A stretch of 42,891 nt of DNA from Acidobacteriaceae bacterium (GCA_003135315.1 PLBD01000467.1:8120-51010); one strand, 5' to 3'; counted from the first letter of the stretch, positions 32,754 through 41,954 are shown. Notes: generated by a model from the letters alone, not told the origin. Numbers and translations: made by a program.

Positions 32754-33091
32754 TGCCGCGTGACGCCGACGACGGTCGTGCGCAATGCCCTAGGGGCGCA
32801 ATTCTCCAAGGCTTCGTCGGATGTCTTGCTGAATGTTGCTACCAGCGCGCCGACGGCAATCTTGTCGCCCGCCGCGATTGCGACGTGCCGGAGCCACGCC
32901 ACCTCAGCCGCGCAGAGTCGATAGTAGGAGACGGGAGGACAATCATGCGGAAATTGATCGCTCAGATCTACCGTCAACTCCAGGATCGCTTGCCCGACCG
33001 CGATCTTCTTGTCGGGGCGTACGAGTATCGAGTCGACGCGGGCATGGGCCATGTGCGGATTGATCAACGGCAATGAGAGCTCAAGCAACAT
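32738..33091 (-). CDS. Lipoyl/biotinyl-like barrel-sandwich domain protein lacking the modifiable lysine
   Basis: ARVDSILVRPDKKIAVGQAILELTVDLSDQ ... AWLRHVAIAAGDKIAVGALVATF mimics the two halves of a lipoyl domain, but has ELTVDLS where E(T/S)DK is expected. I prefer ATG 33091, with AAGGA 5 nt upstream; the track starts at GTG 33109. Confidence 0.5.
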   Translation of the reverse strand: MLLELSLPLINPHMAHARVDSILVRPDKKIAVGQAILELTVDLSDQFPHDCPPVSYYRLCAAEVAWLRHVAIAAGDKIAVGALVATFSKTSDEALENCAPRALRTTVVGVTRQWQPW

Positions 33092-33208
33092 CAGGGTCCT
33101 TCGCGGCACAAAATCAGGGTTTTCATCGCCCCGCGTACCTAGTTTAAGTTATCACCTTACTGAATCCGGTACCATGTACCTCCTGGCATAATCGCCCGAG
33201 CTTCCTGA

Positions 33209-34528
33209 ATGATTCACGGCCTTCCTGCGGTCACGGGGATGCGTACCGCGACCGTCGCAACAGCCCTGGAATATCTCGCGTGGGTGAGCAACCGCGTGGA
33301 CACGGCCTATGAGGCGTCGGGTGACCTGCTCGCGCAGATGCGTGTGGTGCTGGATCGATTCGTTCGCGCCGGACTGCCTTACGATACTGGGCCGGACGGC
33401 CGCCCCCGATTCGATCTTGTCGAACTGCGAAACTTCGTCCTTGTCGCGGATCAGCGCTTCGATGATCCGTTCTGGCGCCAATACGTCATGCCATTTGGAA
33501 AGCGGATCATGTTCGAGGCATACGCCGATGGCGAATCCGATAGATACGACGAAGACTCGTGCGCCAATGCGGCACGGGCTCTCTCGCCGCGGCGATTTCG
33601 CCTGCGACTGACCCGCACGTACGATCCGCGTTTTCTCAAGAAGACGCAGATCTGTCGCCTACGATTGCCGGTCCCTCTCGAGGACTCGGTGCTTACCGAC
33701 CTGCGCATGCAGCTGTCTGCGCCGAAAGAGAAAGACATCATCAGATGCAGCCGGTCCGCCGGGCGGCTCGACGTGACGGTCGACCCACGTAAAGTGTCCG
33801 AGCTTTCCTGCGCCGTGACCTATGAATTTGTCTGTGACCCCGGGAGATGCTTTTCGAAAAGCGCAATCAACCTGCGTGAAGAAGCGCTCGCGCTCGGGTC
33901 AGCGGAAAAACTGATCCGACTCACACCGGCGGTGCATGAGCTCGCAGAAAAACTCGTTGGGAGCGAGGCCGATGCGCTGAGGATTGTGCGCCTTCTCTGG
34001 GACTATCTGCATGCGAGGCTCAATATCGGAGCGCTGCGTTATTCGCAACTCGATCCGGCCGATCCGCTGATGTCAGTGCTAAATGTGGGTTGGGCAGATT
34101 GTCAGCTTGCGTCTGCAGTCCTGGTCGGACTCTGTCGGTCACGTGGGCTGGCGGCGCGAATCGTGGGCGGCTTCATGCTGCAGCATGCGCGGCCCGGGTA
34201 TCATTACTGGGCGGAGATATGGATTGCTGGACGCGGCTGGACCCCATTCGACACGCTTGGATTTGCGGTGACTCGGCCAGGGGATCGATCTGACTGGCGC
34301 AACATCTTCTTTGGTCGCGTCGATTATCGTGCTCGAGTGGAGTGTCTGCCGCATCTCTTTACCGGCCTGCCAGGATTCCAGCTCCCGCTCGCCTGGCATC
34401 AGAATGTTTCGCACATCGAGGGCGGTATCCGCACCCGCCTCGAAGATTCAAATAGCGGTGAACCCGTCTTCTCGGACGACGTGAGTTGCGAGGTTTTACA
34501 GTGGGATCAATCGGGCGCGGAGATTTGA
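33209..34528 (+). CDS. Transglutaminase-like cysteine protease superfamily protein
   Basis: The core is GWADCQLASAVLVGLCRSRGLAARIVGGFML...GYHYWAEIWIAGRGWTPFDT, which supplies a Cys-His-Asp arrangement. Confidence 0.75.
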   Translation: MIHGLPAVTGMRTATVATALEYLAWVSNRVDTAYEASGDLLAQMRVVLDRFVRAGLPYDTGPDGRPRFDLVELRNFVLVADQRFDDPFWRQYVMPFGKRIMFEAYADGESDRYDEDSCANAARALSPRRFRLRLTRTYDPRFLKKTQICRLRLPVPLEDSVLTDLRMQLSAPKEKDIIRCSRSAGRLDVTVDPRKVSELSCAVTYEFVCDPGRCFSKSAINLREEALALGSAEKLIRLTPAVHELAEKLVGSEADALRIVRLLWDYLHARLNIGALRYSQLDPADPLMSVLNVGWADCQLASAVLVGLCRSRGLAARIVGGFMLQHARPGYHYWAEIWIAGRGWTPFDTLGFAVTRPGDRSDWRNIFFGRVDYRARVECLPHLFTGLPGFQLPLAWHQNVSHIEGGIRTRLEDSNSGEPVFSDDVSCEVLQWDQSGAEI

Positions 34529-35283
34529 AAAATGGCGCCATCAAAGTTCGGGGCAACGAGGCTGACACCATCGAGTGCCGATCCAAATGCGGCTAGCTGA
34601 GAGCGAAGCTGGACTTCCTGACGAAGAATGCGTCGACGCGAAATGCCCAGGCGATTGGTACGCATTTGGTGATGCTCCATTTCATATGTATTGTGTCCGT
34701 GGCTGACATAGACATAGAGATGCGGCTTGTCGCGAAGAGTGGTGAGTACGCCTGCTGCGATGAGCTGCCGTGCGACCGCCAGCTCCTCTCCGCGGCGAGC
34801 GTCGTCGCCGAGCTCGGGATATGAAATGCCAGCATCCCTCTTGCATTGCAACGTACCGGGGTGACCGCGCGATTCGCTGGCATACCAATTGGTCCACCAC
34901 AGTCGCATCGTCATCGGGTAATACTGAAGCACATCCTGCAGAAACACGACTTTCGCGCCCGTGTTGGTCAAACCGGCCACCTGATCGGCGACTCGCTGTC
35001 ACTGATGCAAGTCGTCGTCATCCCACTGGCACAGGAACGCGCCAGTAGATAAACGCATGCTCAGGTTGCGCAAGGCGCCCAGTGTCATGCCGTCCTCGAC
35101 GATGGTGGTCCGCACGCCCGCTACGTCCATCGAATTCATCAGATCTCGTACAGGATGAGGAGCATCCGGGTCCTTGGCATCTGTGACGATCACCAATTCA
35201 ACGCACGGATACGTCTGCTGCTTGAAACAGGTAATAGCAGTGGAGAGTCCCGGCAGGCGCTCGGGAGTCCCCTTGGTGACCAT
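34507..35283 (-). pseudogene. Glycosyltransferase family 2 gene interrupted by an in-frame TGA (34999-35001)
   Basis: Two track ORFs (34999..35283 and 34507..34980) are in the same frame. Read through, they give ...AFLCQWDDDDLHQ*QRVADQVAGLTNTGAKVVFLQDV.... The first part has QQTYPCVELVIVTD and the DDDD (DxD) motif. Confidence 0.7.
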
Positions 35284-35620
35284 AAGACAACTGACCAGCG
35301 CCGAAGAGGTATTAATTTAGATAAATCCAAGCGTGCTGGGGCTGAAGCTCGATAAGTTTGGCGACACGCTCGCCAGAGCGGTCGCATCCGCGCCAAAACA
35401 CGTCGCCGGAGTCGCGGCGAACCGATCCACAGCGATAGTTGGAATCCACCGGCTTAGGTTGCTCGCATCATCTGGTCCGGACAACTCTACCGGGCACCGT
35501 CTTTTTGTGCGAAACCAGGCGCAATCAGCGATTGCGACAGGTCGATACAGGCCTGTCTATTCAATAACTTAGTCTCGTACGTGCAAATGTCTAAGTTTTC
35601 TAATTTTTGCGTTCCTCAAT

Positions 35621-36727
35621 TCACAGCGCCAGTGACGCTGACAGGTGCGGCTTCAGTTTTTTGGCCGCAATTGGCGCGTTCTCCACGCTCAGAACGTTCA
35701 TATGGTCACCTGGCAAATCGATGACGTGGCAACGTCCGTCGGTCAATGCTGCCCAACCCGTAATCACCGTGTCGTATCTGTAGGCAACTCGGTACGTCTG
35801 CCGATCAATGGCACGAAAGATCAGGATCGAGCCGCCATAGGGTGTTGGCTGATAGCGCGCGATCGCGCGATTGTTGGCCGCCTCCACCTCGCGTGCAAAT
35901 GCTTCCTCTTTCGGGAGTTCATGGATTTCGGCCATCGCAGGGAGGTGTAATTCTGCGCTGCGCAGCTGTTGGCGATGCGCCAGGCGCTCGCGAATATATT
36001 TTCGCCTGCCAGGGTGCGCGGCCAGTATCCAGGCGTGGTAGGCCGCTCGCTGCCACCTCGGCCGTATAGCGAAACCGTCCGGTGTCGACGTGTCAAACAT
36101 CGCCAGCAGGGAGACGGTCTCGCCCGCTGCGGTGAGTTGCTGCGCTGCTTCAAAGGCCGGCAGTCCCCCATAGGAATAGCCTGCCAATTGGTACGGCCCT
36201 CTGGGCTGCACGCGGCGCAGGTTCTCGAGCATCGCGGCTGCGATATCCTCGATCTTCTCGAGCGGCGCCTGCTCCCCGTTGAAGCCAGGCACGGTCAACC
36301 CGTAGCAGGGATAATCGGGTGCAAGACACATCGCCATGGGCGCGAACGTCACAGGGTGACCTCGGGCGCCGGGAAAGCAGAACAGCGGTAGTACGTGTCC
36401 CTGCGGTTGCAGGTCGATCACGCCCGGCCGGGCGGTCGCGACAGCGGCGACTTCGGGGTTGGTCAGCGCCTCCGCAATCGCATCGATGGTCGGATAATCC
36501 CATAGCAACGTGGCAGGCAATTCGCGATCCAGCCAGCCCGCCAGCGCGCCGGCGAGTCCTAGTGCCTTGAGCGAATCGACGGCGAACGAGTACAGCGGTG
36601 CATTGGAGTCGATCGACGAGCGTTCGAGTTCCACCAGCTTTGCCACTTCGGTGACGACCCAGTCGCGAATATCCGCGGCGGATGGCTCAGTTGTCTGAGG
36701 TACGACTTTAGATGACGCTTTGGGCAT
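35621..36727 (-). CDS. Acyl/peptidyl carrier protein domain fused to a thioesterase (alpha/beta hydrolase) domain
   Basis: The carrier motif is LYSFAVDSLKALGLAGAL. The TE part has LFCFPGARGHP and the nucleophile elbow LAGYSYGGLPAFEAA. ATG 36727 overlaps the FAAL gene end by 20 nt. Confidence 0.8.
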   Translation of the reverse strand: MPKASSKVVPQTTEPSAADIRDWVVTEVAKLVELERSSIDSNAPLYSFAVDSLKALGLAGALAGWLDRELPATLLWDYPTIDAIAEALTNPEVAAVATARPGVIDLQPQGHVLPLFCFPGARGHPVTFAPMAMCLAPDYPCYGLTVPGFNGEQAPLEKIEDIAAAMLENLRRVQPRGPYQLAGYSYGGLPAFEAAQQLTAAGETVSLLAMFDTSTPDGFAIRPRWQRAAYHAWILAAHPGRRKYIRERLAHRQQLRSAELHLPAMAEIHELPKEEAFAREVEAANNRAIARYQPTPYGGSILIFRAIDRQTYRVAYRYDTVITGWAALTDGRCHVIDLPGDHMNVLSVENAPIAAKKLKPHLSASLAL

Positions 36728-38441
36728 CCGGCATCTCTTCGAGTAGGTCGAGTGTTCGCGACAGATAGGCAGCGCGCGTGCCCAGGCGGCTGACCTTTCC
36801 GCTTGTGGTTCGCGGTACCGCTCCGGGACTCAGCAGAATGACCTCGTAAGGCGATACCTCGTTGAGTGCGACCACTGCGGCGCGAATGCGCTGCCGCACG
36901 GCCGCGGGATCCAGCAGGCGCGCTGTGCCGGACGCGGCCGTCCGGCGATACTCGCGCCGTACCTCAGCAGCGATGATTAACCGTTCGGCGCCGTCCAGGT
37001 CGAGCGAAAATGCAACGGCGCCGGACGATGCAATCGCCGGGTCAGCCGACTCGACGCTGCTTTCGATATCGGTGGGAAAATGATTGCGTCCGGCGACGAT
37101 GATCAGCTCGCGCAGGCGTCCGGTAATGAACAGTTCGCCGTCGGCGATAAAGCCCAGATCTCCGGTGCGAAGCCATTTATGGTCGCTGGCGGTTGGCATG
37201 TTCTCAGCGATACCGGCACCGAATGCCGCCGCAGTAGCCGGCGGATTGTTCCAATAGCCTTGAGCGATGCTGGCGCCCGCCAGCCAGATCTCACCGATCT
37301 CACCGGAGCTGACTCGCATGGCTGTCGTCGGGTCTACGATGGCGATCTGTGTGTCACCGAAGGCATGGCCACAGCCAACGTGGCCGCCGGTCTCGGCCTC
37401 GTCGAGCAAGTTGGCGTCCGCATCGCGGCGCGTCCAGCGGCGGCGAGCCGCGGATGGCCCGGCGACGAAAAGTGTAGCTTCAGCCAGGCCGTAGCATGGA
37501 AAGAATGCCTCCGGTCGAAATCCACACTGTGCGAATGCAGCCGCGAAACGCTCCAGGGTTGCGGCACGAACCGGCTCGGAGCCGTTCAGTGCATTGCGCC
37601 AATGGCTCAGATCCAGTTTCGCCTTGTGTGCGGCGCTGATCTTCTCGACGCACAGGTCATAGGCGAAGTTGGGAGCAGCGCTGCCGCACGCGCGATAATC
37701 GGACATCATCTGCAGCCACAGCCAGGGCTGCATCAGAAACCGCTCCGGCGCCATGAATACGCAATGCGCCCCCGAATAGGCTGCCTGCAGTACAAAGCCG
37801 ATGAGTCCCATGTCGTGGAACAGCGGCAGCCAGCCGGCAATGGTCTCTCCGGCACGCAGTCCACTGGCCTCGGTGATCAAAGCGCTGTTGCACACCAGAT
37901 TGTCGTGCGTGACCATGACGCCGCGTGGCGTTCCAGTGGAGCCGGATGTGTATTGCAGCAATGCGACGCGTTGGCCTGCTGATGAGATGGGAGGTGATTC
38001 GCTGACCGGGATACCGACCGCATCGGCATCGATCCAGGTCAAGGCAGTAAAGGCGCTCGTATCGCCAGGATCGGGCTGCAATCGTTGGCGCGTAGCCGTA
38101 GTGGCAATCGCAAAGCGCGCTCCGGCGTCAGCGACGATGGCCTTGAGCCGATGCTTGAGGCGCTGGTGTCGGGGCAGGCTGACCGGCACGATGATGGCGC
38201 CCGCATGCCAGCAGGCGAACAGCCATTCGACGAACGCCAGACCTGAGGGCAATGCCAGCAGCACCGGCTGGCCGCTGGCGCCCTGCAGACGCAATGTCTC
38301 CCCGAGCGCCGTGGCGCGGTGAGCGAGCTGCGACCAGGTGATGGACCGGACGCCAGCGCTGCCATCGGCGAGGAAGGTGTACGCCTTGGCATCCGGGTCG
38401 GTCACGGCGCGGCGGCGGACGATGTCCCACAGCGTCTGCAT
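36708..38441 (-). CDS. Fatty acyl-AMP ligase (FAAL; adenylate-forming enzyme)
   Basis: LLQYTSGSTGTPRGVMVTHDNLVCNS, the FAAL-like N-terminus (AYTFLADG...ITWSQLAHRA...WHAGAIIVPVSLP), and TGDLGFI..GELFITGRLRELIIVAGRNHFP are present. The ATG directly follows the P450 stop (TAAATG). Confidence 0.85.
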   Translation of the reverse strand: MQTLWDIVRRRAVTDPDAKAYTFLADGSAGVRSITWSQLAHRATALGETLRLQGASGQPVLLALPSGLAFVEWLFACWHAGAIIVPVSLPRHQRLKHRLKAIVADAGARFAIATTATRQRLQPDPGDTSAFTALTWIDADAVGIPVSESPPISSAGQRVALLQYTSGSTGTPRGVMVTHDNLVCNSALITEASGLRAGETIAGWLPLFHDMGLIGFVLQAAYSGAHCVFMAPERFLMQPWLWLQMMSDYRACGSAAPNFAYDLCVEKISAAHKAKLDLSHWRNALNGSEPVRAATLERFAAAFAQCGFRPEAFFPCYGLAEATLFVAGPSAARRRWTRRDADANLLDEAETGGHVGCGHAFGDTQIAIVDPTTAMRVSSGEIGEIWLAGASIAQGYWNNPPATAAAFGAGIAENMPTASDHKWLRTGDLGFIADGELFITGRLRELIIVAGRNHFPTDIESSVESADPAIASSGAVAFSLDLDGAERLIIAAEVRREYRRTAASGTARLLDPAAVRQRIRAAVVALNEVSPYEVILLSPGAVPRTTSGKVSRLGTRAAYLSRTLDLLEEMPDAQSVI

Positions 38442-39887
38442 TTACGAGACTGCCGGGTGCGCCACTGGCGTGCCGCTCACAAGTGCCGCGTGGCGCAACT
38501 CGATGGTCGCGGCCAAGCCCGGCGACAGTCGCAGCGTCACCCCGCCCTCGGGGCGGATCTCGCGGGCGTTGATCGGTCGTACACGGAATTCCTGGGCGAG
38601 TTGCGCCAGGAGCAGTGTTGCTTCAAGCAGCGCGAAATGCATGCCCAGGCAGATGTGGCGTCCACCCGCGAACGGCAAATAGGCGTCCCGATGCGTCGCC
38701 TGTGCGGGCGAATTGGCGAACCTGCCCGGATCGAAGCGCTCCGGATCGGTCCAGAATTCCTTGTGCCGATGCGTAATCCACGGGGAAATCAGGACATTGG
38801 CGCCACGCGGCACTGTGTGGCCGCCGACCGTCGCCTCTTCGCTCGCGACGCGCGCCATGTACCAAACCGCTGGGTACATTCGCATCGTCTCGTGGAAGAT
38901 GGCCCGCGTCCACGGCAGTTTCGCAGCATCCGCAAGTTCGGCGGCTCGGCCGCCCAGCACCTGATCGAGCTCCTGGTGCAGGGTCAATTCGATGTCGGGA
39001 TGTTCTGCAATCGCTTTCCACGCCCAGCTCAGGGACAGGGCGGTGGTCTCGTGGCCCGCGATCAACAGCGACACGATCTCATCACGGATCTGCAGCTCGC
39101 TCATCGGTCCGCTCTCGGTATCGGCCTCGATAAGCAGCGTCAATAAGTCGGGCGGCCTGTCGCACGATGCCGCCGAACGCCGGCGGCGGATCATCTCATA
39201 AGCCACCTCGTCGAGGACGGCTTTGCTGGCGGTGATATTCGCAGCACTTTCAGGCGTGAAATGTGCGGGTATGCCGAATACAAGCCAGGAGAGTTTTCCC
39301 TGCTCGGTAATCGCGAGGGCTACGGCGGCGCAGAGCTCGCCAGCCTCGGTATCGGATAGATCATCGCTGAACAGGGCTTTGACGATGACCCGCATTGTCA
39401 GCTGCGTCATATCGATGGAGACGTCGACGGCGTGGCCGGCTGCAGCCGCCATCCGCCAGGCGACCGCGGTTCTGGCCGCTTCGCGCACCATCACCGGAAC
39501 CAGTGGCGCGACGCTGCGCGGAAGAAAGTCGCCCTGCATGACACGCCGCTGCGACTTCCAGCGAGGCCCTTCACTGACAAGCAAGCCTTCGCCAAGCACC
39601 ATCTTGATGAGCGACGCCCGGCGAAAGTTCTCATCGCGCAGGATGGTTTGCACATCCTTGGGATGTGCGAACAGGAAGCACGGCCCGAGGCGCGTCTGAT
39701 AACACACCGTGTCGCCATATTGCTGCCACAACTGACCGAGAAATCTCAGCGGGTCGACGTAACCGTCAAAGGAAATGACACGGGCGGGACCGGGCGTGGC
39801 TACCTTGGACGGCAAAGCTGGCGCAAGATCCGATGCAGCGACCCCCCTTTCAGGATGGTGGTCGTTGTCCTTGGAGGGTAAATTCAA
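38442..39887 (-). CDS. Cytochrome P450
   Basis: The heme-binding loop is FAGGRHICLGMHFA, ExxR is ETMRMYP, and the I-helix is LLIAGHETTA. The start is TTG 39887 in the track, with no in-frame ATG nearby; start uncertain. Confidence 0.85.
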   Translation of the reverse strand: MNLPSKDNDHHPERGVAASDLAPALPSKVATPGPARVISFDGYVDPLRFLGQLWQQYGDTVCYQTRLGPCFLFAHPKDVQTILRDENFRRASLIKMVLGEGLLVSEGPRWKSQRRVMQGDFLPRSVAPLVPVMVREAARTAVAWRMAAAAGHAVDVSIDMTQLTMRVIVKALFSDDLSDTEAGELCAAVALAITEQGKLSWLVFGIPAHFTPESAANITASKAVLDEVAYEMIRRRRSAASCDRPPDLLTLLIEADTESGPMSELQIRDEIVSLLIAGHETTALSLSWAWKAIAEHPDIELTLHQELDQVLGGRAAELADAAKLPWTRAIFHETMRMYPAVWYMARVASEEATVGGHTVPRGANVLISPWITHRHKEFWTDPERFDPGRFANSPAQATHRDAYLPFAGGRHICLGMHFALLEATLLLAQLAQEFRVRPINAREIRPEGGVTLRLSPGLAATIELRHAALVSGTPVAHPAVS

Positions 39888-39962
39888 CGCGTTCTATCCC
39901 TGCAACCGAGTGCGCGCGTGACGATAGATTTCCAGCTTAGGCAATAAATTATGCAAAGGCCA

Positions 39963-39987
39963 CAGTCTCACCGAAGGAGTGAGACTG
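39963..39987 (-). terminator. Hairpin (9-bp stem CAGTCTCAC / GTGAGACTG, 7-nt loop) downstream of the GST gene
   Basis: Read directly. On the minus strand it is followed by TGGCCTTTGCATAATTTATT, which is moderately T-rich. It lies 93 nt after the GST stop. Confidence 0.4.
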
Positions 39988-40079
39988 ATTTCCAGATTTG
40001 ATCAATTAAGTCAAACGCGACGTTTGCTGACCCACCCGGATGCAGGATTGCCCAGACCGCCCCGTTGTGTGACAGCGCG

Positions 40080-40709
40080 CTAGCTGTCGCTGTGCTCTTT
40101 CTCCGCTTTGCGTGTTGCGGGCCGCTGCCGCAGCAGTTCGGCATGTTGTCTGAGCTTCGGCAACCGGGAGGCGAGTGCGGCCTCATCCGGGTACCAGCCG
40201 GCCAGCATGTGCAAGTAGTGGTCGGCAGCCGACAGCTGTGCGCCGAGCACGTAGGGTGCTAGCGCGGTGTGCAGGGTCTCGAAGTGGCCGGTCCAGTCTG
40301 CCAGGGCTTGCTTCTTGATCTGCGCTGCGGCGGCCTCGCCGACGGCAGAATAGCGGGCTGGATAGAAGAACCGCAGCGCCGCCTCGTACGCGTTTGCGGA
40401 CAGGAAGACCATCCACTGCAGAAAGTGAGCATGAGCGGCAGTACCCGCAGCGGGCGCCAGCGCTGCGGCAGGATGGGCGTTGGTCAGGTGAATGAGTATG
40501 GCTGCTGACTCGGACACCACGGCGCCATTCGGCAGCACCAGCACCGGAATCTTGGCCGCGCGGCTGACGCGGCGCAATGCCTCAATGTCTGCGGGCGCCT
40601 TGCTGATCCACACCAGCTCATAAGGGGCGCCGATCTCTTCAAGCACCATTTGTAGAGCAAGCGATCCGGCGCCATGCCTTGCATATAATCGGTATGGGCC
40701 AGCCGGCAT
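40080..40709 (-). CDS. Glutathione S-transferase family protein
   Basis: From internal ATG 40709 (AAGGAGAG upstream): YRLYARHGAGSLALQMVLEEIGAPYELVWI, IPVLVLPNGAVVSESAAILIHL, plus a C-terminal helical domain. The track ORF's 74-aa N-terminal extension looks non-coding. Confidence 0.8.
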   Translation of the reverse strand: MPAGPYRLYARHGAGSLALQMVLEEIGAPYELVWISKAPADIEALRRVSRAAKIPVLVLPNGAVVSESAAILIHLTNAHPAAALAPAAGTAAHAHFLQWMVFLSANAYEAALRFFYPARYSAVGEAAAAQIKKQALADWTGHFETLHTALAPYVLGAQLSAADHYLHMLAGWYPDEAALASRLPKLRQHAELLRQRPATRKAEKEHSDS

Positions 40710-40967
40710 GAGACGCTCTCCTTCAGTGGTCTTTTTTTCAGTCGTCTTTCGCGGGCATTCTACTCGAGGATTCCGCTTCCGCCTTTGATGCGCGGCCACG
40801 CCCAGCCCGGAGAGATTTAAGTTAATTGCCCCTGAATAATAGTCATTCTCATCAACGCGCGCGTAGTGGGCAGCGGTCCGTGATGGGCTTTGAAACCGGG
40901 CGCGCTTTCGGGGCGCCAGTGACACGGCCATGACAAATTGCCCTAGCCCCGCGCTAGCCTGCCGATC

Positions 40968-41951
40968 GTGCAGTTACACGATCTCAAGGTACTGAACTGG
41001 CGCGCTGCCCGTCCGCCGGGCGTTGCTGGCGCCGAGGTCGACTTGGGCCTGGATTATCTGCCGATCGATACCTGCCAGCGCCGGGTCGCGATCTGCAACG
41101 GCGCGGCGATGCTGTCGCTGCTGCGGCGCGAATTTCCCGATGACGGTGCGCTCGAGTGCTACCAGGGCGCCGACGCGTATGCGTTCCTGCTGCGCTTTGC
41201 CGCGGGACTCGAGAGCAAGCTGGTCGCCGAGACCGAGATCTTCGGCCAGATCAAGACCGCCTGGCGCCTTTTCAGTGAGCGCGGTACGCCGCTCGGCAGC
41301 CAGCTGTCGCCGTGGATCCAGCTGCTGTTCCAGGACGCGAAGGAAATCCGCTCACAACACCTCTGCAGTCTCGGCAGCGCCTCCTACGGCTCGCAGGTGC
41401 GGCGCCTGCTGGGCGATGAGGCCAGCGGCGGCCCGACGCTGCTGGTTGGCGCCGGGCAGCTGGCGCAATCGGTCGGCCCGTGGCTGCCCGGCTCGCAACT
41501 GTGGCTGTGGAATCGCACCCGCGAGCGCGCGCTGGAGCTGTCGCGCGAACTTGCCAAGCGTGATCCGGCACGTCCAGTGCGCGTGCTCGAGGCCGGGGCG
41601 CCCGCCGAGCTGGCCGCCTGGCGCGCTGCACGCAATGTGATCGTGTGTGTGCCGGGTGATACCGCCCAGGATGCTGTGCGAGTGGCGGCCTGGAACGAGC
41701 GCGCTGATTGCGGCGGGCGGGTGATTCATCTGGGGCTGGGCGCGGAAGCAGTCGCGCCCTGGAATACCCTGCCTGCGCTGGTGAGCCTCGGGGCATTGTT
41801 CGAGATGCTGCAGGCGCACTCCGAGCAGCGGCGGCGCCAGTTCGAGCGCGCCCGGCGTGCCTGCCGGGAAAAGGCCCTGTTGCGCTCGCTCGGCGCGAGC
41901 TCCTCGCACCCGCACAGCTGGGAAGATCTCGCAGCCTTCGATACTCTTTGA
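40968..41951 (+). CDS. Short glutamyl-tRNA-reductase-like protein (HemA-like, 327 aa)
   Basis: PIDTCQRRVAI corresponds to the TCNR active-site region. GADAYAFLLRFAAGLESKLVAETEIFGQIKTAW corresponds to the GLDS..GE.QI.GQvK region. The NADPH motif is LLVGAGQLAQSV. The C-terminal dimerisation region seems absent. GTG start. Confidence 0.55.
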   Translation: MQLHDLKVLNWRAARPPGVAGAEVDLGLDYLPIDTCQRRVAICNGAAMLSLLRREFPDDGALECYQGADAYAFLLRFAAGLESKLVAETEIFGQIKTAWRLFSERGTPLGSQLSPWIQLLFQDAKEIRSQHLCSLGSASYGSQVRRLLGDEASGGPTLLVGAGQLAQSVGPWLPGSQLWLWNRTRERALELSRELAKRDPARPVRVLEAGAPAELAAWRAARNVIVCVPGDTAQDAVRVAAWNERADCGGRVIHLGLGAEAVAPWNTLPALVSLGALFEMLQAHSEQRRRQFERARRACREKALLRSLGASSSHPHSWEDLAAFDTL

Positions 41952-41954
41952 GCC

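Noticed and set aside
34999-35001. Programmed selenocysteine or read-through recoding at the in-frame TGA of the GT2 gene
   Set aside because: I could find no convincing SECIS-like hairpin immediately downstream. Glycosyltransferases are not known selenoproteins, so a nonsense mutation or a sequencing error is simpler.
37080-39146. 300-aa and 275-aa plus-strand ORFs (37080..37982, 38319..39146) opposite the FAAL and P450 genes
   Set aside because: These are antisense shadows. The minus strand carries adenylation and heme-binding signatures.
40710-40931. 74-aa N-terminal extension of the GST track ORF
   Set aside because: It has no GST homology. A strong RBS plus ATG at 40709 begins the conserved thioredoxin-like fold.
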